Shown: positions 1 through 8,510 of the stretch, piece by piece | Layout of the letters: each line of letters opens with the position of its first letter | Numbering within the stretch: position 1 is the stretch's first letter | Notes under the pieces: generated by a model | The model's database searches: none | What the model saw: only the letters and a program-made list of their open reading frames with translations | What the model was told of the DNA's origin: nothing | Source: Archaeoglobus fulgidus DSM 4304 | Lineage (GTDB): Archaea; Halobacteriota; Archaeoglobi; Archaeoglobales; Archaeoglobaceae | Length of the DNA stretch: 32,000 bases | Assembly: GCF_000008665.1 (NCBI RefSeq) | Contig: NC_000917.1 | Span: 600,001 to 632,000, forward strand | Direction: 5' to 3' | Program-made: the position numbers and the translations under genes

Positions 1-76
1 TCGAAATTAAGCCACATTCGAAATCCAGGATTTTTGGAAACCGAAAACATTTTTAAGGTTAAATTGTTTATTTAGT

Positions 77-1285
77 GTGTTGAGAGCTAAGCTTCTGTCA
101 TGGCAAGAGGGAGTGGGTAGCAAAACTTTTGAATTTGATGTTGATGTCGAACCGAGAAGCTACGTAATTTCGAAGGTTAGCCAGCTCAGCCCCATAATCG
201 CAAGTGAGGACCTCACCGTTTGCGAGGGGGAGGTTGCGGTTGTTGGTACAAGAGTAATCGAAATACCTGAAAACACCGTTGTCAGGCCTGTGGCTGCAAT
301 AAGCCATGCAAACGGTTTTGTTGCAGACGTAATTGAGTGCGGGGCTCCCGGAATGGTTGAGGACGAAAAGTGCATAAATCACGCAGTTTTCATCCCAACG
401 AGGTCTGGGGACGTAAAGGAGGGCGACTTGCTAGGAATGCTGCGGATAAATTTCGTTAGGACGGGTTTGCTCTCCAGGGTGATTCCCTCAAAACCGAGGG
501 TGGAGGAAAGAACTGTTAAAGCATCTCTGACGTGGGTGGAGGGCGGAGTTTTCTATAGAGAAAACGTAACGGGAACGTTCAGCGGATACTTCGAGAGTGA
601 GAGGTGCAGTCTTCTGCCGATTGTTGCGGACGAGAGGGTGAGGATCGAGAAGGGAGGAGTTTCGGCTGTAGAAATAGAGAGGGTGGACGTGAAGGGGGGA
701 AGCATCATCACCCCCTACGGTCTGGCCGCAAACGCCTTTGCTCAGCTTCTTGATCTTGTAGGGGGTAGAACTAGGAAGTTTGAGGAGGATAGAGTCTTCG
801 ATGAGGCCGTTTTGGTTGGGTTCAGCGATGGAGTTGTTGAGAAGGGGGAAGTTCTGGGTCTCGTCTGCGTTATGGGCGAGAGCAGTGGAGGGGGCAACAG
901 CAGACAGTTGCAGTTCTCCAGAAAGGCCGGCAAAGGTGTTGTCAAGACGATTCACGAATACCGAAGCAAGCCACTCAGGGTAGGCAGAAAGGGGGAGTGG
1001 AGGCCAGCCATTTCCGACGAGAACAGGAAGCTCATAAGGGGTGTTGCGGAAATCATCAAAATCCGGCCGATTAACGTTCCTGATTATGCAGTAGTTAATC
1101 CTCTCGGCATCATGAGGCAGGCCTACGGAACGATGGTTGGTGGGATTGCAAATGAGCCTTGGAGTCTGGAGAGCAGAAAAACCATAGAAGAGGTTGTTTT
1201 CCTGCCGATAATGGATGGAGAGGTTAGAAAAGGGCAGCTCATTGGTGTTTTCAATGTAACAAGAGTTGCAGAAGGCAAGCTTTAA
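77..1285 (+). CDS. DUF22-like archaeal protein with three internal repeats
   Basis: 402-aa ORF with GTG start at 77 and a TATA-like tttttaagg about 25 nt upstream. Three recurring segments end in similar strings: AVFIPTRSGDVKEGDLLGML, AVLVGFSDGVVEKGEVLGLV, VVFLPIMDGEVRKGQLIGVF. Confidence 0.75.
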   Translation: MLRAKLLSWQEGVGSKTFEFDVDVEPRSYVISKVSQLSPIIASEDLTVCEGEVAVVGTRVIEIPENTVVRPVAAISHANGFVADVIECGAPGMVEDEKCINHAVFIPTRSGDVKEGDLLGMLRINFVRTGLLSRVIPSKPRVEERTVKASLTWVEGGVFYRENVTGTFSGYFESERCSLLPIVADERVRIEKGGVSAVEIERVDVKGGSIITPYGLAANAFAQLLDLVGGRTRKFEEDRVFDEAVLVGFSDGVVEKGEVLGLVCVMGESSGGGNSRQLQFSRKAGKGVVKTIHEYRSKPLRVGRKGEWRPAISDENRKLIRGVAEIIKIRPINVPDYAVVNPLGIMRQAYGTMVGGIANEPWSLESRKTIEEVVFLPIMDGEVRKGQLIGVFNVTRVAEGKL

Positions 1286-1309
1286 CTTCCCTTACTCTTT
1301 TTTCAAGCC

Positions 1310-1897
1310 GTGAAGGTCTATCTTGGTGGAGAAGCGGAAGTAAAAATTCTGGAAAATGTGGTTGTAAAAACCAGAATCCCAAAGAGGTACAGGATAAAGG
1401 AGCTTGACAGGGAGCTGAGGCTAAGAAGGACAAAGATGGAGGCGAAGATAATCTCCGCTGCAAGAAGAGCTGGTGTGCCAACACCAATCGTTCTGGATGT
1501 TGAGGAGGACACCATCGTCATGGAAAGGATTTACGGAGAGGCTGTGAAGGATGTGATGAGTAAGGACGTGAGCAGAGAAGTAGGGAGAATGGCCGCGAAG
1601 CTCCACAGAGCGGGAATAATTCACGGAGACATAACCCCTATGAACTTGATTTTAAGCAACAGCAGAATATACTTCGTTGATTTTGGGCTCGCTTTCTTCG
1701 ATAACAAAGTGGAGCCGATGGGTGTGGACGTGCACGTTTACTTTGAATCGCTGAAGGCGAGCTTTGAGAACTGGGAGAGGCTGAGAGACGCCTTTATTGA
1801 AGGGTACCTCGCAGAGGGGGGAAGTGAGGAGGTAATAGAGAGGGCAAAGGAGATTGAGGAGAGGGGGAGGTACGTCGAGAGGGTTAGCATGGGCTAA
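1310..1897 (+). CDS. bud32: KEOPS/Kae1-associated atypical kinase Bud32
   Basis: 195 aa, GTG start. Small RIO-like kinase signature: IPKRYRIKELDRELRLRRTKMEAKII, IIHGDITPMNLIL, IYFVDFGLAF. Confidence 0.92.
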   Translation: MKVYLGGEAEVKILENVVVKTRIPKRYRIKELDRELRLRRTKMEAKIISAARRAGVPTPIVLDVEEDTIVMERIYGEAVKDVMSKDVSREVGRMAAKLHRAGIIHGDITPMNLILSNSRIYFVDFGLAFFDNKVEPMGVDVHVYFESLKASFENWERLRDAFIEGYLAEGGSEEVIERAKEIEERGRYVERVSMG

Positions 1898-2211
1898 AGC
1901 CTTTCAAGCTCCCCACCCTTAGTGATTAGGATTGCTCTGCCCTCGAAAACTGCCTTTGCCATCTTTTTTCTTGCAGCATTCACCAGTCTCCAGACTGTAG
2001 CCTTCGAAACTCCCATTTTTGCTGCGGCATCATCAAAGCTCATCTCTTCGTAATCCACAAGCCTTAAAGCCTCGGCCTCAGCAAGATTTATCGCGACAGG
2101 CTTCTTTCCGGTTCCCGGTTCTGGAATCATGGCCCTTACTGCTGGCAGACCTGAGATGTAAATATCTCTGAGCTTTCTTCCCCTGCACTTCCCCTTTCTC
2201 CAGCGGAACAC
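1894..2211 (-). CDS. DUF134-family predicted DNA-binding (HTH) protein
   Basis: The in-frame GTG at 2211 gives MFRWRKGKCRGRKLRDIYISG... LVDYEEMSFDDAAAKMGVSKATVWRLVNAARKKMAKAVFEG. It contains an HTH and a TATA-like TATTTAAAT sits about 25 nt upstream. The supplied ORF extends too far upstream. Confidence 0.8.
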   Translation of the reverse strand: MFRWRKGKCRGRKLRDIYISGLPAVRAMIPEPGTGKKPVAINLAEAEALRLVDYEEMSFDDAAAKMGVSKATVWRLVNAARKKMAKAVFEGRAILITKGGELERL

Positions 2212-2215
2212 AAAT

Positions 2216-2265
2216 TTGAAACATGTCGCAAAATTTAAATACTTTGCTATTGAAACATATTTCAA
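2216..2265. promoter_or_regulatory. Divergent promoter region with two 16-bp operator-like repeats
   Basis: TTGAAACATGTCGCAA (2216-2231) and TTGAAACATATTTCAA (2250-2265) share 13/16 bases. The second is a TTGAAA-N4-TTTCAA palindrome. The TATA-like TTTAAATA lies between them. Confidence 0.55.
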
Positions 2266-2280
2266 ATAGGAGGTGAGAAT

Positions 2281-2466
2281 ATGAGATGCATGAGAGGAGG
2301 ATGGGGCAGGGGCTGGAAAAGGAGATGTTACTCGACCGGAAAGCCGGGATGGATGAGGTATGAATCGGAAAGGGACGAGAAACTCAGAATGCTTGAGAGA
2401 ATGAGGGATGAGCTCGAAGCGGAGCTTGAGGAAATAAAAAGGGAAATCGAGAGGCTGAGAAGATGA
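2281..2466 (+). CDS. Small DUF5320-like protein (Gly/Arg-rich N-terminus, C-terminal coiled coil)
   Basis: 61 aa. ATG preceded by aggaggtgag. MRCMRGGWGRGWKRR... ends in ERMRDELEAELEEIKREIERLRR. Overlaps the start of the next gene. Confidence 0.55.
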   Translation: MRCMRGGWGRGWKRRCYSTGKPGWMRYESERDEKLRMLERMRDELEAELEEIKREIERLRR

Positions 2467-2768
2467 GGGTTGCCATGCCGATTTTGGACCAAAAGGATGG
2501 TTTGAGGGTGGCCCCGCACTTTGGCAAGGCCAGACGATTTTACATTCTTGACCTTGAAAGCGGGAAATCAAGCGTTGTTGAAATCCCGGAAGCGGAAAAG
2601 GGTAGAGGTAGGATGATTGCCGAGATTCTCAGGGAAAAGGGTGTCAGTGTGGTAGTATGCAGGAACATAGGAGAAGGAGCGCTGGAAAGACTGAAAGAGG
2701 CAGGAATCGAGGTCAGAAAGACCGATAAATCGAATCCTGACGATGCAGTTGAAGATTTAAGGGTTTAG
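2463..2768 (+). CDS. NifX/NifB-C-terminal-like dinitrogenase iron-molybdenum cofactor family protein
   Basis: 101 aa: MRVAMPILDQKDGLRVAPHFGKARRFYILDLESG... is the typical N-terminus of the Nitro_FeMo-Co fold. Confidence 0.85.
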   Translation: MRVAMPILDQKDGLRVAPHFGKARRFYILDLESGKSSVVEIPEAEKGRGRMIAEILREKGVSVVVCRNIGEGALERLKEAGIEVRKTDKSNPDDAVEDLRV

Positions 2769-2803
2769 AAAAACGTTTTATTACCCAATTGCCAACACAC
2801 TTT

Positions 2804-2995
2804 ATGCCAGTCCTGATTGTTTACGGCCCCAAGCTGGATGTGGGTAAAAAGAGGGAGTTTGTTGAGAGGCTGACGTCGGTTGCTGCAGAAATCTACGGCA
2901 TGGACAGGAGCGCGATTACAATTCTGATTCACGAGCCTCCAGCCGAGAACGTTGGCGTTGGTGGGAAGCTTATAGCGGATAGAGAGCGAGAATGA
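2804..2995 (+). CDS. 4-oxalocrotonate tautomerase family protein (DmpI-like)
   Basis: ATG at 2804 gives [57 protein letters not shown]. The tautomerase Pro follows Met directly. The supplied TTG start at 2789 would bury it. Confidence 0.88.
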   Translation: MPVLIVYGPKLDVGKKREFVERLTSVAAEIYGMDRSAITILIHEPPAENVGVGGKLIADRERE

Positions 2996-4074
2996 ACACC
3001 TTCGGCCATTTTTTGAGGGTCACAACCTGGGGAGAGAGTCACGGCAGAGCGGTGGGCTGCGTTATAGACGGCTTTCCCGCAGGTCTTGAGGTTGACGAGG
3101 AGTTCATTCAGAGGGAAATGGAAAGGAGGAGGCCGGGGAAGAAGTACACTACGCAGAGAAAGGAAGTTGACAGAGTTGAAATCCTCTCCGGAGTTTTTGA
3201 GGGTCTCACTACCGCCACGCCCATATCAATGGTTGTCTGGAACGTCGATGCGGATTCGAGCGCTTACGAGAGCTTGAAGACCGTTTTCAGGCCGGGACAC
3301 GCTGATTACACGTACTGGGCCAAGTTTGGCGTGAGGGACTGGAGAGGTGGTGGAAGGGCTTCAGCGAGGGAAACCGCTGCAAGAGTTGCTGCAGGGGCGA
3401 TGGCAAAGCTGCTGCTCAGAAGGTATGACGTTAAAGTTATGGGGTACGCGAAGGAAATTGCAGGAGTAAGCTGTGAGGTCGATGATGCTGAAAAGGCCTT
3501 TGAGAGGGCTGAAAGGAGTCCTTTGAGGATGCCGGACGAGAGAGCGGAGAAGGAGGCGGAGCAGAGGCTAAAGGAGGCGATGAGCGAGGGGGATAGCGTG
3601 GGTGGGGTGGTGGAGGTCGTTGCAAAAAACGTCCCTGCCGGTTTGGGTGAGCCGGTCTTCGGAAAGCTCGACGCCTACTTGGCTTACGCCGTTATGGGCA
3701 TTCCTGCTGTAAAGGGTGTGGAAATCGGCGCCGGATTTGAGGCCGCAAGAAAGAGGGGGAGCGAGAACAACGACCCCATAGTGCTGAAGGATGGCAGAAT
3801 CCGCTTTGCCACCAACAACGCAGGAGGAATTCTGGGAGGGATTTCGAATGGGGAGGATATAGTGTTAAGGGCAGCAATCAAGCCCACACCATCAATTTCA
3901 AAAAAGCAGAGAACCGTTGACTACGAAAAAATGGAGGAGGCTGAGATAAGCGTAAAGGGCAGGCACGACCCCTGCATAGTTCCAAGGGCCGTGCCCGTGG
4001 TTGAGGCAATGGTGGCTTTGGTTTTGGCCGACTGCATGCTGATGCAGGGGCTGATACCGAGGAGTTTGCTGTAA
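2992..4074 (+). CDS. aroC: Chorismate synthase
   Basis: 360 aa: [85 protein letters not shown]. Confidence 0.98.
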   Translation: MNTFGHFLRVTTWGESHGRAVGCVIDGFPAGLEVDEEFIQREMERRRPGKKYTTQRKEVDRVEILSGVFEGLTTATPISMVVWNVDADSSAYESLKTVFRPGHADYTYWAKFGVRDWRGGGRASARETAARVAAGAMAKLLLRRYDVKVMGYAKEIAGVSCEVDDAEKAFERAERSPLRMPDERAEKEAEQRLKEAMSEGDSVGGVVEVVAKNVPAGLGEPVFGKLDAYLAYAVMGIPAVKGVEIGAGFEAARKRGSENNDPIVLKDGRIRFATNNAGGILGGISNGEDIVLRAAIKPTPSISKKQRTVDYEKMEEAEISVKGRHDPCIVPRAVPVVEAMVALVLADCMLMQGLIPRSLL

Positions 4075-4075
4075 G

Positions 4076-5320
4076 TCACTCGTAAACCTTCTCCCACTCC
4101 TTGTACCAGTCCATCGCGTCCTTCTCAACATCCCTGTCCTTTGACGGCAGCCCCATCATCTTGTAGGTTTCGTGCTGTATCAGCACCTTCATGATTTCGT
4201 TGCTGCCAGTCCATATAGGGGCGAGACGCATGTCTCTCAGCATCCTCTCGACCGGATAAACCTGGGTGTAGCCTATTCCACCGAGAATCTGCATTGCTTT
4301 GTTGACAACATCCCATCCTACGTCGGTTGCAAAGTACTTCGCCTCGCTGACCAGCCTTCTTGGGTCGGGGCCCTTTCCCGCATCGTAGAGGTCCACAGCC
4401 CTCGCAGCGTTGTAGGTTAAAGCCCTTGCAGCGTCAAGCTTCGTCACAGCCTCAGCAACCATGAAGTTGACTCCCTGAAACTCCCTTATTTTCCTGCCGA
4501 AGGCTTTCCTTTTGTTGGAGTACTTCACCGCCACCTCCAGCGCCGCCCTTGCGGTTCCAAGCGCTCCTGCAGCGGAGGTCATCCTTTCGGGAATCATCAT
4601 CCTGTTGAAAATCACTCTGGCCCCATTAACCTCTCCCAGCCTGTACTCATCTGGCACTTCAACATCCTTAAACACAATCCTCGCAGTCCCCATTCCCCTG
4701 AAGCCGAGGAGGTTGTAGAGCTCCTCCACCTCAACGCCCATGTCCCTCTCAACCAGAAAAGCTGTAAGGGCCTTGTGGCCTGGAGCAGTTGGATCAGTTC
4801 TGGCGTAAATCAGGTAGAAGTCCGCTACCTTGCCACCAGCTATGAACCTCTTCGCACCATTCAGCACCCACACATTCCCCTTCTTCTCCGCCCTCGTTGT
4901 TGTTCCGAAGAAGTCGCTCCCTCCTCTCGGCTCCGTCAGTCCTTCGGCAGAGACTTTCTTACCCTTTATTATCGGCTTCAGAAACTCCTCCTTCTGCCAC
5001 TCCTGACCGAAGCGGTAAATTGCTTCCCCAACAATGCTGACCATCGCATAACTGCACCCTATTCCGTTGCCCAGAACGCCAACCTCCTCAACAGCAACGC
5101 TCTCAGCAGTCCAGCTAAGCCCTCTCCCCCCGTACTCTTCCGGAAATCTCAATCCAAGCATTTTCCTCTTCGCAGCTTCCTCAAGAAACTCGAAGGGGTA
5201 GTCAACCTCATCCCTGTCCATTTTCCTCAGAAGCTCGGGGTCAATAGCATTAACAAGCTCCTTTGCCTCCTCCCTTATCTTAATCTCCTCTTCAGTAAGA
5301 AGGGCGTCGTTTTCGAGCAT
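4076..5320 (-). CDS. Acyl-CoA dehydrogenase
   Basis: 414 aa: FGRKIREFQGVNFMVAEAVTKLDAARALTYNAA, KYFATDVGWDVVNKAMQILGGIGYTQVYPVERMLRDMRLAPIWTGSNEI. Confidence 0.96.
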   Translation of the reverse strand: MLENDALLTEEEIKIREEAKELVNAIDPELLRKMDRDEVDYPFEFLEEAAKRKMLGLRFPEEYGGRGLSWTAESVAVEEVGVLGNGIGCSYAMVSIVGEAIYRFGQEWQKEEFLKPIIKGKKVSAEGLTEPRGGSDFFGTTTRAEKKGNVWVLNGAKRFIAGGKVADFYLIYARTDPTAPGHKALTAFLVERDMGVEVEELYNLLGFRGMGTARIVFKDVEVPDEYRLGEVNGARVIFNRMMIPERMTSAAGALGTARAALEVAVKYSNKRKAFGRKIREFQGVNFMVAEAVTKLDAARALTYNAARAVDLYDAGKGPDPRRLVSEAKYFATDVGWDVVNKAMQILGGIGYTQVYPVERMLRDMRLAPIWTGSNEIMKVLIQHETYKMMGLPSKDRDVEKDAMDWYKEWEKVYE

Positions 5321-5325
5321 TTACA

Positions 5326-6813
5326 TCACCTCTCCAACAGCATTTTTCTTAACGAAAGTTTGTTAATTTTTCCCGTGCTCGTGAGAGGCATATCATCAAC
5401 AATCGCAATTTCCTCCGGAATCCACCACTTGGCAATTCTGCCCTCTTCAACAGCTTTGGCCAGATGCTCTTTCACCTCTTCAATGCTCGCCTTACTCCTG
5501 TCAACGGGCTTTATTACTGCAAAAGGTCTCTCACCCCACTTCTCGTCGGGCTTGCCGAGAACTGCAACGTACTCCACCCACTCAATTTCCGAAATCACTG
5601 ATTCGAGAATGCTGCTCGGAATCCACTCTCCGCCGGATTTGATGGCATCCTTCACCCTGTCGAGTATCTTTACTCCTCCGTCTGGCATCTCAACTCCGAG
5701 GTCTCCTGTTTTGAACCAGCCATCTTCGGTGTAGGCTTCTTTGGTTTTCTCCTCGTCCTTGTAGTACTCCATGGGTAGCCAAGGGGCTCTGAAGTATATC
5801 TCCCCCGACTCACCCCCCATTCCCTCCTGGGGGACTATTTTGAACTCCGCAAAGGGAACGGGATGAGTTACCTGCCTGATGTAGTCAACACCCTTCACCT
5901 TGGCCTCTTCGGTCATAATAGCAATGGATGCAGCCAGCATGTCGGTACCGCCATAGATTGTTGAGAACTTCATTCCTGCTTTTTCCATGCGCCTTGCCAG
6001 GTCAATTGTAATCGTACTCCCTCCGATGAGCACCTTAATGCCGCTGAGGTCCTCTTTCGTCTCGAGGAGCATGTTAACCATTGTCGGAACGGCGTTAATC
6101 CATGTTACCCCCTCTTTTTTGATGAGCCTCACAGCCTCTGCCGGATCAAATCTTCCGCCCATCACCAGATTCAAACCCATGTAGGGGGCTATGAACACAG
6201 TTCCCCAAGCGAGAATGTGGTAGATGGGTATCTGAGGGAAGATTACGTCCCTCGGAGTTAGATTTGCAGGAGTCTCGTGGTGAGCAAGCTGATGTGCTAT
6301 GCTAAGAGCTCCGTGAATCATTTTTTCGTGAGTGTATCTCACAGCCTTTGGCAATCCCGTGGTACCGCTGGTAAAGAGCATAACAGCCATATCATCCTGC
6401 TTAACGTTGACTTCAGGCTCTGCCTCATCAGCCTTCTCAGCCACCTCTTTTATGTGCAAGCTTTCTCCTTCATGAACTTTTGCAAGGGCTGAAAAGTCGT
6501 CGGAGTAAATCAGAAGTCCCGATTCCGATTTTTTCAGCGTGTAGGCTATTTGATCTGGTGGCAGTCTTATGTTGACCGGATACAGAATCCCTCCAGCTGC
6601 AGTTATCGCATAAATCAGCTCGAAGAACTCCGGTGTGTTCCAGTCCGCTACTGCCACAACCTCGTTCCGTATCCCTATGTTCTCAAAAAACGCTGTTAGC
6701 CCAAGAACCCTTTTCCTTACTTCTGAGTAGCTTTTTGTCCCTTCCCTGCCAACAACTCCCTTGTTGGGAAAAAGCTTTGCCGCTCTTTCCAGAAGATACG
6801 GTATAGTAAACAC
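5326..6813 (-). CDS. AMP-forming long-chain fatty-acid-CoA ligase-like protein
   Basis: MAVMLFTSGTTGLPKAVRYTH, YGGTDM, WFKTGDLGVEMPDGGVKILDRVKDAIKSGGEWI, LTSTGKINKLSLR. A GTG at 6813, close behind ggtgag, is an alternative to the supplied start at 6840. Confidence 0.9.
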   Translation of the reverse strand: MFTIPYLLERAAKLFPNKGVVGREGTKSYSEVRKRVLGLTAFFENIGIRNEVVAVADWNTPEFFELIYAITAAGGILYPVNIRLPPDQIAYTLKKSESGLLIYSDDFSALAKVHEGESLHIKEVAEKADEAEPEVNVKQDDMAVMLFTSGTTGLPKAVRYTHEKMIHGALSIAHQLAHHETPANLTPRDVIFPQIPIYHILAWGTVFIAPYMGLNLVMGGRFDPAEAVRLIKKEGVTWINAVPTMVNMLLETKEDLSGIKVLIGGSTITIDLARRMEKAGMKFSTIYGGTDMLAASIAIMTEEAKVKGVDYIRQVTHPVPFAEFKIVPQEGMGGESGEIYFRAPWLPMEYYKDEEKTKEAYTEDGWFKTGDLGVEMPDGGVKILDRVKDAIKSGGEWIPSSILESVISEIEWVEYVAVLGKPDEKWGERPFAVIKPVDRSKASIEEVKEHLAKAVEEGRIAKWWIPEEIAIVDDMPLTSTGKINKLSLRKMLLER

Positions 6814-6855
6814 ACTCTCACCCAAACAAAAATAAGCCATAAATAATATTTAAAT

Positions 6856-6871
6856 TTAACGTTTACGTTAA
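6856..6871. promoter_or_regulatory. Perfect 16-nt inverted repeat between the merR-like gene and fadD
   Basis: TTAACGT-TT-ACGTTAA, next to AT-rich aaataatatttaaattt. Confidence 0.5.
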
Positions 6872-7260
6872 CTTCCCTTTTCCAGCTCCTCAAGTCTCTT
6901 GACTAGCATCTCCCTTAAGTTGAGAAGGTCCTCTTTTAGAAGCTCGAGCTCCCTGATTTTTTCCTCAATCTCTTTAAGCTTCTTTTCGCCGTACTTCAGC
7001 GTCAGCCTTATCTGCTCCGGCTCTCCTGCCACATCGTACATCTCAATCATCTCTCTAATCTCCTCAAGGCTGAAACCGAGCCTCCTACCCCTTAAAATCA
7101 ACTTCAGCTTTGCCCTGTCTTTTCTCGAAAAAATTCTCTGATTTCCCGGCGTTCTTTCGGGGTTGAGAAGACCAATTTCCTCGTAATACCGAATGGTCCT
7201 CGTGCTTATCTCGAACTCTCTTGCAAGCTCCGAAATCGTGTAGCGGTCTTTTTTCTTCAT
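6868..7260 (-). CDS. MerR-family transcriptional regulator
   Basis: MKKKDRYTISELAREFEISTRTIRYYEEIGLLNPERTPGNQRIFSRKD plus a C-terminal coiled coil. ATG at 7260 lies about 25 nt downstream of tattataaag (minus strand), fitting a leaderless start. The supplied start at 7320 is less likely. Confidence 0.9.
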   Translation of the reverse strand: MKKKDRYTISELAREFEISTRTIRYYEEIGLLNPERTPGNQRIFSRKDRAKLKLILRGRRLGFSLEEIREMIEMYDVAGEPEQIRLTLKYGEKKLKEIEEKIRELELLKEDLLNLREMLVKRLEELEKGS

Positions 7261-7424
7261 TTTAAGGATTGTCGGCTTTAGGACTTTATAATATTTCCCA
7301 TCTAATGATTTATCTGACAAAATAGCGATTGGATATTAGATAAATACCTAAATGCAAAAAAATTTATATAGTCCTTAGTATAAGTAAAGAGTGTTGCACA
7401 TAACGGTAATGGGAGGTGAATCAC

Positions 7425-7793
7425 ATGGTTGAAGAGCTGACCGAGAAGGAGGAGAGAATCGTTCAGCTGCTCTCAGAAACGGGTTTGAACAGGAATATAG
7501 CCAAAGTTGTGGTTTTCCTTGCGAAGGCTGGTGAGGCGGTTTCAAGAGACATAGAGAGAGCCGCAAACCTCAGACAACCAGAGGTAAGCCTTGCGATGAA
7601 GGACCTGAAAGAGTGGGGATGGATTAAGGAAAGGGAGCTCAAAAAGAAGGGCAAGGGAAGACCGCTCAAGTGCTACAAGCTCACAAGAGATTTGAAAGAG
7701 ATAGTTTCAGAGCTTGTCCAGAACAAAAAGGAGGAAATAAAGAAAATTGAGAAGGACCTCGAGGAACTTGAGAAGCTCGTCGGATTGAAATAA
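7425..7793 (+). CDS. Winged-helix (TrmB/MarR-like) transcriptional regulator
   Basis: ATG at 7425 after ggaggtga. LNRNIAKVVVFLAKAGEAVSRDIERAANLRQPEVSLAMKDLKEWGWIKERELKKKGKGRPLKCYKLT. Confidence 0.85.
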   Translation: MVEELTEKEERIVQLLSETGLNRNIAKVVVFLAKAGEAVSRDIERAANLRQPEVSLAMKDLKEWGWIKERELKKKGKGRPLKCYKLTRDLKEIVSELVQNKKEEIKKIEKDLEELEKLVGLK

Positions 7794-8510
7794 ATGCACT
7801 TTGATAAAAAAATTGGCAGAGTATTCGCGAGGATATACGTGGAGAGGGCGCTAATTGTCTGCCACGGACTTCCCTACGAGCCCGGTTCAGTAGTTGAAAA
7901 GAGCTACACAGACCTCGCCGGTTTTTTCTCCAAACGTGGTTTTCCAACCCTAATTTTTGATTTTTCGGGAACAGGATTGAGCGACGGGCACTTCAGCCTT
8001 AAAGCCTGGGTCGAGGATTTGCTGAGGATTGCAGAAAACTTTGAGGAGGTTAGCATACTCGGATACAGTATGGGCGGAGCAGTTGCTGTAAGAGCCGCTG
8101 CTGAGTTGAGGAACCTTCGGAAAATGGTCGTTGTTTCCTCACCCTGCTGCCTGGATATGTTTACCGAGCAGGTTCTGAAATTGGTTTACGAAAATGCTCG
8201 CATGAAAAACACCCTTAAGGGGATTGGAAGCTTTGAGAGTTTTAAGAATTTGTTTTTGAAGGAGTTCACCGAGATTGAGCCCAAAAACTGGATAGGAGAT
8301 GTTGGTGCCGAGAAGCTAATCGTTCATGGCAGGCTGGATGAGATTGTTCCGTTCGAGAATGGGCTCACACTTTACAACCTTGCGAGGGAGCCCAAGGCAT
8401 TCGTGGAGGTGGAGAAGGGAGACCACTTTTTAAGGCATGACAATAGGATTGTTGAGCTAATTGCCGAGTGGCTTGACGGGAAAATAAAGGAAAAAATTAT
8501 CAGGATTTGA
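7794..8510 (+). CDS. Alpha/beta hydrolase
   Basis: 238 aa: [32 protein letters not shown] (nucleophile elbow GYSMGG), [21 protein letters not shown]. Confidence 0.9.
   Translation: MHFDKKIGRVFARIYVERALIVCHGLPYEPGSVVEKSYTDLAGFFSKRGFPTLIFDFSGTGLSDGHFSLKAWVEDLLRIAENFEEVSILGYSMGGAVAVRAAAELRNLRKMVVVSSPCCLDMFTEQVLKLVYENARMKNTLKGIGSFESFKNLFLKEFTEIEPKNWIGDVGAEKLIVHGRLDEIVPFENGLTLYNLAREPKAFVEVEKGDHFLRHDNRIVELIAEWLDGKIKEKIIRI

Noticed and set aside
2212-2571. N-terminal extension of the minus-strand 225-aa ORF
   Set aside because: The extension covers the divergent promoter and the plus-strand DUF5320-like gene. The DUF134 homology begins just after the GTG at 2211, which has a proper promoter upstream.
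5349-5366. TTAACGAAAGTTTGTTAA, resembling the 6856-6871 palindrome
   Set aside because: It lies within the conserved NKLSL-coding end of fadD, so the AT-rich palindromic look is probably codon driven.
4775-5734. 319-aa plus-strand ORF
   Set aside because: Lies antisense across the acyl-CoA dehydrogenase and fadD genes, is low complexity and Leu/Ser/Pro-rich, and has no recognisable motif. Typical shadow ORF.
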